This document shows positions 51,608 through 59,810 of a DNA stretch of 64,000 bases, piece after piece. Location of the stretch: positions 10,431-74,430 of IMG/VR virus record IMGVR_UViG_3300049734_000086, one strand, 5' to 3'. The stretch comes from a virus. Made by a program: the position numbers and the translations under genes. The notes under the pieces are model-generated. The model did not search any database. It saw only the letters and a list, made by a program, of their open reading frames with translations, and had not been told where the DNA came from. How positions within the stretch are numbered: the stretch's first letter is position 1; the number at the start of each line of letters is the position of its first letter.

Positions 51608-52447
51608 ATGGCCATCACCACGACGACTAGTACCAGTACCACCATCACCGCCCCCGCCGGGTCCTCGTTCAAGGAACTCAAGGAGGCCGATCCCCCGCGC
51701 CATCTCATCGCCGCCATCGACGGGCTCCCCCGGGAGGGCCGGACCCATTTCAGTCTGACCGCCCCGTACCCCCTGGCCTACATGCAGATGGACCCAGGGG
51801 GCGACGACGTGCTGCCGAAGTTCCTGCCCGGCGGCCCCTTCCACCGCAGCAAGTCCAAACTGTTCCACTCCGCCTACTACGTCGATGTGCGGCCGGGGCT
51901 CTCACCGCTGGAGGTGTCCAAGATCGCCAACGACATTTGGCTCCGCAGCGCCCAGGACTTCGAGGCGGCGCTCAAGACCATGCGGACCCTGGTGGTCGAC
52001 ACCGCCAGTGAGTGGTTCACGTGCCTGAAGCTGGCCCGGTTCGGCAAGCTCACCCAGGTCATGCCTGAGGACTACGGCCCGGTCTACGCCGAGTTCCGCA
52101 GACTGATCCGCAAGGCCTACAACTACGAGTGCAACGTCCTGCTGCTGCACAAGCTCAAGGACGAGTACACCCGGGACGAGAAGACCACCGACGGCAGTGG
52201 GAACAGTCGGCGGAAGCCTGGGAAGAAGACCGGCAATCTGGTCCGCGACGGGTGGAACGGGCTGAAGTACGAGGTTCAGATCGAGGCCCGCTGCTTCAAG
52301 GACGAGGACCGGGAGTTCTGCCTGGAGGTGGTGAACTGCCGACAGCGGCCCGAGCTGGACGGCGAGGTGCTACCGCAGGAGATGTGCAACTTCCAGCAGT
52401 TGGCGATGCAGGTGTACCCCGGGACCAAGGAATCGGACTGGCGGTAA
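51608..52447 (+). CDS. AAA_24/Sak4-like ATPase
   Basis: GLPREGRT Walker A variant, TLVVDT Walker B; adjacent to exonuclease. Confidence 0.7.
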   Translation: MAITTTTSTSTTITAPAGSSFKELKEADPPRHLIAAIDGLPREGRTHFSLTAPYPLAYMQMDPGGDDVLPKFLPGGPFHRSKSKLFHSAYYVDVRPGLSPLEVSKIANDIWLRSAQDFEAALKTMRTLVVDTASEWFTCLKLARFGKLTQVMPEDYGPVYAEFRRLIRKAYNYECNVLLLHKLKDEYTRDEKTTDGSGNSRRKPGKKTGNLVRDGWNGLKYEVQIEARCFKDEDREFCLEVVNCRQRPELDGEVLPQEMCNFQQLAMQVYPGTKESDWR

Positions 52448-52467
52448 GGGAGAGGGGGCCGATAACC

Positions 52468-53040
52468 GTGCGCCACTACATCAAAGGGACCTTGTGGGAC
52501 CGCTTCTGGGCCCGGGTACGTACAGGAGATCCCGACGAGTGCTGGCCATGGACGGGCGGGGTCTCCCTGGACCGCCATGGGAACCCGAAGCGGGGGGTGG
52601 TCCGCGAGGCCGGGCAGGGATCGAGGCTTCTGCTCGCTCACCGGCTCGCCCTGGCCTTCGCCGGGTCTGGCCTGCCTGACTACGATCTGAAAGTCTTCCC
52701 CGAGGGGCCGAGGGCCGGGCAACAGCGGCTCGCCTGCCACGTGTGCAATAACCGGCTCTGTTGCAATAATCTCCGGCACCTGTACTGGGGCACGGAGGAG
52801 GAGAACATCCATGACCGTATCCGTTGGCATCAGGAGCAACGGTACCGAGAGATCTTCATTGCCCTCTGCGGGCGCGAACCGACACCCGCAGAACTCCTGG
52901 CCGGAGTCGTGGCCGAAGATCCCGGTGATCGTGGTGGAGCAGTCGAGCAACAACAAGATCTCGGACCCCAAGGGCCGGGGGATGAGCACGACCTACGTGG
53001 CCCAGGACACCTGCCCGGAGAGCTGTCCGTTGAGGAATGA
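52468..53040 (+). CDS. HNH endonuclease
   Basis: RFWARV...CWPWTG, AHR, CHVCNN.LCCN..HL..GT..EN..D. Confidence 0.8.
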   Translation: MRHYIKGTLWDRFWARVRTGDPDECWPWTGGVSLDRHGNPKRGVVREAGQGSRLLLAHRLALAFAGSGLPDYDLKVFPEGPRAGQQRLACHVCNNRLCCNNLRHLYWGTEEENIHDRIRWHQEQRYREIFIALCGREPTPAELLAGVVAEDPGDRGGAVEQQQDLGPQGPGDEHDLRGPGHLPGELSVEE

Positions 53041-53650
53041 GGGGTGTTATGCCGAGACCGGGTGGGCGGGGCTGCAGACCTACCGGATCAACACGGTCCA
53101 GAAAGCCCTGCGGTGGAGTGTGACCAAGCTGGCCCAGGTGGAGGCCATGATGATCGGACGGCTGACCGGGACCCGAAGGCTGAGAGCCCATGTCGTGGGC
53201 GACTGCTCGACGGTCATGGGAGCCAGACACGTCGGTGGGGCACTCAGGCGGCACGAGGCCAAGCACGGGATGCGGGCCTGGACCTACACCCATGCGTGGC
53301 GCGAGGTGCATGCACTCGACTGGGCCGGGGCTCGAGTACTGGCCAGTTGCGGTACCGTGGGGGAGCTGCAGGAGGCGCACGACCGGATGTACGCGGCGAC
53401 CGTCATCATTCCCAGGACCGAGAGCCGGAAAGCCTACCAGTCCGGTGGGTTCACCATCATCCCCTGCCCCGCGCAGTTCAAGGACGCCAGGACCGGCCAG
53501 CGGCAGACCACCTGTGAGCGGTGCAACTTGTGCTCGGACACCAAGCGGAACTGGGCCCGCAAGCGGGTAGTGGGGTTCCAGCCCGACGGCCAGACCATGC
53601 CCCTGGAACGTACCGGGAAGCTGGTGTTCGGCGAGGCGGTGGTCCTGTGA
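52811..53650 (+). CDS. Cys-rich GP88-like (radical-SAM-related) protein
   Basis: TCPESCPL...CYA, RAHVVGD, WTYTH, CPAQ...TCERCNLC; start uncertain. Confidence 0.55.
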   Translation: MTVSVGIRSNGTERSSLPSAGANRHPQNSWPESWPKIPVIVVEQSSNNKISDPKGRGMSTTYVAQDTCPESCPLRNEGCYAETGWAGLQTYRINTVQKALRWSVTKLAQVEAMMIGRLTGTRRLRAHVVGDCSTVMGARHVGGALRRHEAKHGMRAWTYTHAWREVHALDWAGARVLASCGTVGELQEAHDRMYAATVIIPRTESRKAYQSGGFTIIPCPAQFKDARTGQRQTTCERCNLCSDTKRNWARKRVVGFQPDGQTMPLERTGKLVFGEAVVL

Positions 53651-54206
53651 CTGAGAGGCCAGACCACGACCGGGGCCTGCGCTTCGGGCTCGCCTTCTCG
53701 GCCCTCTGCACGTTCGGGTGCGGGGCATCGGCCTACTACTTCTTCACCACCGGCACCGATATGTGGGACGGCGCGGCTCTGGCCGTCTCCGTACTCGGGA
53801 TGTCGTTCTGGGCCCTGATCGGTCTGGCCACGGCGGCAGCGTACTGGGAGCGGAGGACGGGACTATGAAAGCCCCCGGGTGTCTCAACCATCCCATGTAC
53901 CTCGACCTGCTGGAGGCCGAGAAGCGTGGCGACCACCTGCTGGCCGTGGAGCAGTGCCAGTGCGGGATCGCCTTCCTGGGCCTCCTCGTCTGGGGCCTGC
54001 GTGGCTCCTGGGTCCTGGCCCTCCTCCACGTGGCGGTGATGTACTGGTCCGTCTACAGTCTCCGTCAGACCCACCGTTGCATGGACCAACTCGCCGAGGC
54101 CAAGGCCGGGTGGGAGGAGCTGGACCGCCAACTCTTCACCCTGTCGCTCGAACGCCATCTGACCTTCGTGGACCGGGTCCGGGGCAGAATGTCGGGGCCG
54201 CACTGA
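53647..54206 (+). other. two small membrane proteins (53647-53868, 53865-54206)
   Basis: Hydrophobic coupled ORFs. Confidence 0.5.
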
Positions 54207-55006
54207 TGCTCTACATCGACCCCCGCTCCGGCTCCGGCGACCTGCTCGGCTACTTCAAGAACCTCGGCGTCAAGGCCGTCCACCAGCGCATGGAGTTCGG
54301 CGACGTGTCGTTCGTGGGCCAGGGCCCGGACGGCCCCCATGCTGTGGGCATCGAGGTCAAGACCATCGGCGACTTGGTGTCGTGCATGGTCAACGGCCGC
54401 TACGCCGGGCATCAGCTCATTGGGCTGTCACAGACCTACGACGAGTGGTGGCTGGTGATCGAGGGCATGTGGCGGCCGAATTGGGAGTCTGGCCTGCTGG
54501 AGTGCTACAACCCGCCGAGGCGGGCCAGCAAGACCAGGGGGAAGTCTGGCCACAAGGGCTACTGGTACGCCCTCTCCTCGGGCGGACGGCGGTGGATGTG
54601 GAAGGAGGTGCAGGGCTTCATCAACACGATGATGAACCAGGGCGGGACCAAGTTCTGGCAGACCCGCGACCGCACCGAGACGGCCCGCTTCTGCGCCAGC
54701 CAGTACCACTGGTGGGCGAAGGAGTATCACAGCCATCAGAGTCTCAAGACGTTCGTGGACTACAAGGCGCGGGTCGGTACTGGCGAGGTGGGCGGCAAGG
54801 TCATGCTCATGGTCCCGACCTTCGAGCGCCGGATCTACAAGGAGCTGCCCTTGATCGGGTGGGAAAAGAGCGTGGACGTGGACACGGCCTTCCCCAACGT
54901 GCTCACAGCCGTCAATGCGAGTGAGAAGGACTGGCAGAGGATTCCGGGCATCGGGCCCACCATTGCCAAACGGGTCTACAAGGCCTTGAGGAGGGAGAAA
55001 CCATGA
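54206..55006 (+). CDS. ERCC4-domain nuclease with C-terminal HhH
   Basis: YIDPR, GD, IEVKT..DL, Q...L, IEG, IPGIG. Confidence 0.8.
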   Translation: MLYIDPRSGSGDLLGYFKNLGVKAVHQRMEFGDVSFVGQGPDGPHAVGIEVKTIGDLVSCMVNGRYAGHQLIGLSQTYDEWWLVIEGMWRPNWESGLLECYNPPRRASKTRGKSGHKGYWYALSSGGRRWMWKEVQGFINTMMNQGGTKFWQTRDRTETARFCASQYHWWAKEYHSHQSLKTFVDYKARVGTGEVGGKVMLMVPTFERRIYKELPLIGWEKSVDVDTAFPNVLTAVNASEKDWQRIPGIGPTIAKRVYKALRREKP

Positions 55007-55233
55007 TCCAGGCACGTAACTTCGGCTACGAGATCCGCGCCGAGCACACCGATGGCGGCCTGAACGTCCTGTCCGGGGTCGTCGCCCTCACCGCCGACAG
55101 CGAGACCGGCGAGGTGGAGTTCTGGTGCTGTGGCTGCGGCCGTGGCCCCGCCGAGCACATACTGACCAACGTGAAACGACTCACCAGTGATACCCTAGCG
55201 CCCCGACGACCAGTGAAGGAGTGACCAACGACC

Positions 55234-55542
55234 ATGGCCGATACGTACCGTACCCCGAGACAGGACCGAGGATCTGACCCCCGAGGCCCACGCCGCCCAC
55301 GCAATGCCCAGCCCGCCCCGCCCGACCAGGACGGCCGGGTGAAAGGCGTGGTCAAGAACCTGCAGGCGGACAAGGGCTGGGGCTTCGTCTCCGACGCCAA
55401 CGGCTTCGACTATTTCTTCCACTACTCCGCCCTGCCCGACGGCGTGGAGCTGAGTCACCTCTACGAAGGCCAGGAGGTGAGCTGGCGGCCCAGCGACTCG
55501 GATCGCGGGCCCCGGGCCGAGCAGTTGATGATCGGCGGGTGA
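55234..55542 (+). CDS. cold-shock domain protein
   Basis: GVVK..KGWGFV, DYFFHYS, GQEV, RGPRA. Confidence 0.88.
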   Translation: MADTYRTPRQDRGSDPRGPRRPRNAQPAPPDQDGRVKGVVKNLQADKGWGFVSDANGFDYFFHYSALPDGVELSHLYEGQEVSWRPSDSDRGPRAEQLMIGG

Positions 55543-55546
55543 GCCC

Positions 55547-56191
55547 GTGTCCAACGGCCTGCTGCGCGATACGTGGGAGTACCCCCACGGCGACCCCTCG
55601 ATCAAGATTTTCACTGACGCCACACGGAGATGGGACATGCGGATCCCCGAGGGCGGACGTGTCCTGGAGCTGGGCTGCGACGAGTCGGACTGGGCGGCCT
55701 GGATGAAGAAGGCGCGGCCCGACCTCACCATCATCGGTGTGGATGTGCGGGAGGTGAAGGGGTACGGCGGGGACCAGATGGTGGTGCAGGATGCAGCCGA
55801 CGAGTTCTGGCACATCGCCAACGCCTCCAGTATCGACGCCGTGATCTGCATCGGCAGCCTGGAGCACTTCGGTCTGGCCTACCAGTACTACGGCGACCCC
55901 AGGAACGAGAACGGTGATCGGTACACCGTGGACAACGCCTACCACTGGCTGACTCCCGGTGGTTTCCTCTACTACGACGTGCCATGGACGCCCGGGGTGT
56001 TCTTCATCTCCAGCAACAATCACTGGCGCTGTTACGCCGACCAGCAAGTGGAGCAGAGACTGACCTCTGTGCTCAGACCCATGGACCGGGGGTACGCCCA
56101 CCCGCACACGCAGCAGTGGCAGGACCTACGGCCCCTGGTACCGGCCGAGCCGTTCTGGTACCTGGCCCGGTGGTTGAGAAAGGATCCGTGA
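55547..56191 (+). CDS. class I SAM-dependent methyltransferase
   Basis: VLELGC, GVD, SLEHFGL, LTPGG. Confidence 0.8.
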   Translation: MSNGLLRDTWEYPHGDPSIKIFTDATRRWDMRIPEGGRVLELGCDESDWAAWMKKARPDLTIIGVDVREVKGYGGDQMVVQDAADEFWHIANASSIDAVICIGSLEHFGLAYQYYGDPRNENGDRYTVDNAYHWLTPGGFLYYDVPWTPGVFFISSNNHWRCYADQQVEQRLTSVLRPMDRGYAHPHTQQWQDLRPLVPAEPFWYLARWLRKDP

Positions 56192-56193
56192 CC

Positions 56194-56520
56194 ATGAACG
56201 CGAAAGACTACTTGGCCCTGCGCGAGGCGATCAAGAACCAGGAGCAGGTGACGGTCGAGTACAACAAGCCGGGGCGCGGAGTCGTGAGACGCCATGTCCG
56301 GCCCTACGAGGACAGTGTGAATAGGAGCGGGCGGCCGGTGATCTGGGGGACTGACAGCATCCATGGCCCCCGGCAGATCCACGCCTTCCGCCAGGACCGG
56401 ATCGTGAGCGTGAAGGAGAGCCAGCGGCCCAAGGAGTTCAAGCGGGCCAAGAGCATCGACAAGTACCTGGTGAGCGGCAACCCCGACAAAGCGGACGAAT
56501 TTGACCCCAACGGAGGATAG
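56194..56520 (+). CDS. stand-alone WYL-domain protein
   Basis: AIK....V.Y......R.V.PY......F..DRI. Confidence 0.75.
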   Translation: MNAKDYLALREAIKNQEQVTVEYNKPGRGVVRRHVRPYEDSVNRSGRPVIWGTDSIHGPRQIHAFRQDRIVSVKESQRPKEFKRAKSIDKYLVSGNPDKADEFDPNGG

Positions 56521-56934
56521 CGTGGCCAAGAAAACCAAGACCAAGACCAAGACCCGGGCAGCGGATCCGGTGGCCGAACGGCTGGAGAACTGCGAAGTGG
56601 ACATCAACGTGCTCTACAAGGCGGTCGAAAGTCTGACCAAGGAGGTCAAGGAGCTGAAGAAGCGGAAATAACAGACCGTTCGACCGACGACCCACGACGA
56701 CCCCTACGGAGACACCACGATGCCGACCCTGCGACAGAAGCATACCGCCCAGTACCAGGTCTTCAGCGCCCGGCCTGACACCTACATCGTCATCAAAGTG
56801 ACCATCGACGTCCTCAGCGGCGGCATCGGTCCCAACCGGATCACCGACGACTCCCTCGACGACACGGTGATCAGACTCGCCCAAACCATTGCGCTGGGGG
56901 TCGCCGGACTCCCAGTACCCGAGACGGTGGTCGC

Positions 56935-57564
56935 ATGAGAGACCACGACCGCCGCATCATCCACAGCTCGGTCGAGTCCGACTACCGCACCCCCATGGAA
57001 CTGATCTCCTCCCTCGACGAGGAGTTCCACTTCACCACCGACGTGTGCGCCAGCCACCGCAACGCCCTGTTCGCCAAGTGGTTCGGCCCTGGCCACCAGG
57101 ATCCGGCCCGCCGGGACGCCCTCTACAACGGCACCTGGGGAACAGGACCGCACTTCATCAACCCGCCCTACTCGAAGAAGCGAGCCGACGAGCTGAGGAA
57201 GGCCGGGGCCCCCGAGCCGGAGTGGCGCTGCTACCTGATCGAGCGGTGGGCCGAGCGGTGCTGGATGGAGAGTCTGACCCAGGTGGTCGTGGGCCTGTTC
57301 CCGTACTCCTCCCAGACGGCGTGGTGGAAGGAGCATGTCTGGCAGGGGGGCCGGATGGCCGACGGGTCCAAGCCCGAAATCCACTGGCGATGGCACCGGG
57401 CCTCGGAGGTCAGACTCTTCCACCACCGGCTGTCGTACCTCGACCCCGAGGGGATACCGACGGGGAACTCGGCCGGGGTCAACAGCGCCGTGATCGTATG
57501 GAAGCCCCCGTGCGGGTACGTGGAGCCGTGGGTGCCAACAGTGAGGTACTGGACCTACGAGTGA
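56935..57564 (+). CDS. phage DNA N6-adenine methyltransferase (Dam-like)
   Basis: YRTP, F..DVCAS..NA, NPPYS, T.WW, EVR. Confidence 0.85.
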   Translation: MRDHDRRIIHSSVESDYRTPMELISSLDEEFHFTTDVCASHRNALFAKWFGPGHQDPARRDALYNGTWGTGPHFINPPYSKKRADELRKAGAPEPEWRCYLIERWAERCWMESLTQVVVGLFPYSSQTAWWKEHVWQGGRMADGSKPEIHWRWHRASEVRLFHHRLSYLDPEGIPTGNSAGVNSAVIVWKPPCGYVEPWVPTVRYWTYE

Positions 57565-57621
57565 GAAGACCGTTCGTTTCGCTTGACAACCGAAGACCAA
57601 CCGATGACCAAGGAGACCACA

Positions 57622-58434
57622 ATGGCTACGAAGAAAACCGCTGACAAGTCGATCACGGCCAACGCTGAGATCGTAGAAATCCTGGAAGTCTCACGCGGGC
57701 AGATCGAGTGCTGCTTGCTCGGGGCGACTCCCTACATCTGCAACCGTATGAGCGAGAAGGGGGCGCGGGAACTGCTCATCCCCCGAGGCCGCAAGACCTC
57801 CGCAGAGAAAGCCACCACGCTCAAGCACGACCCACGGCTGGAGTACCGCTCCTCGCCCTACCTTGTCTCCGACCCCGCCTTCCCCACCTACATCGGCATC
57901 CTGGCCACCAGCTTCAAGAAGGCCATGATGACGGCGGCACTGGACATCCCTGGAGCCAAGAAGGCCCAGATCGCCCGCCTCGTTCACGTGCGCGCCGAGA
58001 CCGCCAATCAGCTCATTCCCCTCTACGGGGTGCCCGAGCTGCACATGGCCACAGTGCGCTCGGCCGACATGAACCGCACGCCAGACATCCGCACCAGGGC
58101 GACCCTCCCCAAGTGGGCCTGCAAGGTCACTATCACGTACGCAGTCCCGATGCTCCGGCCCCAGGCCATCGCCAACCTCCTGGCAGCGGCCGGGCAGATG
58201 TCCGGGGTCGGGGACTGGCGCGGGGAGAAGGGCTCGGGGAACTTCGGCGAGTTCGCCATCGTGGGCCCGGACAACCCAGAGTTCCTGGCCGTGATGCAGG
58301 CTGGTGGACGGGAAGCGCAACAGGCCGCGATTGAAGCGCCGAAGTGCTTCGACGACGAGACCCAGGACCTGCTCGATTACTACGACGGGGAGCTGAAGAG
58401 TCGAGAGCTGCGCGGAAAGGTAGCGGCTGTCTAA
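57622..58434 (+). CDS. Cas7/RAMP-like RNA-binding protein
   Basis: N-terminal strand + G.TPY, SFKKAM helix, C-terminal Gly-rich loop AGQMSGVGDWRGEKGSGNFGEF; AGGAG RBS. Confidence 0.65.
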   Translation: MATKKTADKSITANAEIVEILEVSRGQIECCLLGATPYICNRMSEKGARELLIPRGRKTSAEKATTLKHDPRLEYRSSPYLVSDPAFPTYIGILATSFKKAMMTAALDIPGAKKAQIARLVHVRAETANQLIPLYGVPELHMATVRSADMNRTPDIRTRATLPKWACKVTITYAVPMLRPQAIANLLAAAGQMSGVGDWRGEKGSGNFGEFAIVGPDNPEFLAVMQAGGREAQQAAIEAPKCFDDETQDLLDYYDGELKSRELRGKVAAV

Positions 58435-58902
58435 ATGAAGCTCTCGGCATTACAAATCGCATACATCCAGTCGTTCGGCGAGCGGGTCACAGCATCCCAG
58501 ATCGTCGCCGATGCCAAGCGGCTGGAGAGCCCCCTGCACGGGGAGTTCAACTGGGATGTCCAGGAAGCGGCCGAGCGCCACTGGCTGGACACGGCGAGGA
58601 GGATCATTCGCTCGGTGCCCTTGATGGTGGTGACCACGACCGCCACCATCAGGGCCCCGTACTACGTCCCGGATCCCGACAAGAAGGGGAACGAGGAAGG
58701 CTACGTGTCGCTGCCCGCGTTAGGGGAGCGGCCGAGGGCGTCCCAGATCCAGGCCCTGGTCAATGAGTGTGACCGTGTGGGCCGGGTGCTGCAGCGGGCC
58801 AGAGGGGTTGCGGCCGGGCTGGGGTTGGAAGACGAGGTCGAAGCGGTGCTGGAGCGGCTAGCCGGATTGAGACTGGCCATACAGGACACACTGGCGGCCT
58901 GA
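58435..58902 (+). CDS. small helical partner protein of the RAMP-like gene
   Basis: Abuts upstream stop; SPLH..F.WD..AAE..W...AR.II motif. Confidence 0.7.
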   Translation: MKLSALQIAYIQSFGERVTASQIVADAKRLESPLHGEFNWDVQEAAERHWLDTARRIIRSVPLMVVTTTATIRAPYYVPDPDKKGNEEGYVSLPALGERPRASQIQALVNECDRVGRVLQRARGVAAGLGLEDEVEAVLERLAGLRLAIQDTLAA

Positions 58903-58908
58903 TACCAG

Positions 58909-59810
58909 GGCAGTCATGGCCAAGCAGGGCATGGACTGATCTGGCACGGCGCGGTACGGCCGTCGAGGCTGCGACTGGTACGGTGTCGACCGGCCAGTCG
59001 CGGCGCGGCGGGGCGAGGTGCGGCAGGCATGGAGTGGTACGGCACGGAGAGCTGTGGTACGGCATGGAGAGGCAGTCATGGTTCGGATTGGCCAGGAGAG
59101 CCGTGGATAGTCGGGGCCGGGCGTGGCGGTCGCGGATAGGCGAGGCTAGACCTGGACTGATCGGAGCAAGGATTGGCGGTCGAGGCGAGGCGGGGCTTCA
59201 CGTGGCGCGGGTAGGCCCGGGAAGGCCGGGACTGGCATGGCGGTCAGCGCATGGCAAGGAGTGGTGTGTGGTTGTCACGGCGAGGCGCGGCGAGGATAGG
59301 CCGACAAGGTATGAACAGTTATGGCGCGGAGAGCTGTGCTAAGGAGCAGACTGGCCGTCGAGGTCAGATGCGGATTGTCACGGAGCGGAGGGGCTAGGTG
59401 AGGCTGTCCAGGACGGGCACGGCCGGGCGGAGAGGGGCCGGGCGAAGGTGAGGCAAGGCCGTCGTGGCCACACTGGGAGGGGTGGGGTACGGCGACGACG
59501 GGAGAGGCAAGGCAGTTCTGGCTGCATCAGGAGGGTCATGGCATGGCCGGGCGTGGCAAGGGCGCGGCTGTCGGCGCAAGGATTGCTGTGGAGTGACGCA
59601 GCACAGCAAGGCAGGGCGGTCGCGGAGTGGAGAGCCAAGGACTGCACCGGAGAGGCCTGCCGTGGTGAGGCGGTCGAGGCGGGGACGGGCATGGTCGGGA
59701 GACGGCAGGGCGAGCCAGGGATAGGCGGGGCGGTCCCGGCACGAGAAGGAAAGCAAAGGAAGGGAGGGACAAGATAACGCATGGCGAGAACGGCTGTGGC
59801 TCGGCAGGCC
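58909..59810 (+). ncRNA. array of ~16 units of (GGH-NN)n pentamers delimited by GGCNGTC; putative guide RNA array
   Basis: 5-nt periodicity read directly; delimiters at 58909, 58958, 59022, 59071, 59125, 59175, 59239, 59299, 59353, 59402, 59457, 59511, 59566, 59615, 59669, 59729. Confidence 0.7.

Noticed and set aside
52468-53040. HNH as intron- or intein-encoded homing element
   Set aside because: Flanking genes appear intact and no splice-element features were recognised
58909-59810. Canonical CRISPR array
   Set aside because: No identical 25-40-bp direct repeats separated by spacers; conservation is interleaved at a 5-nt period
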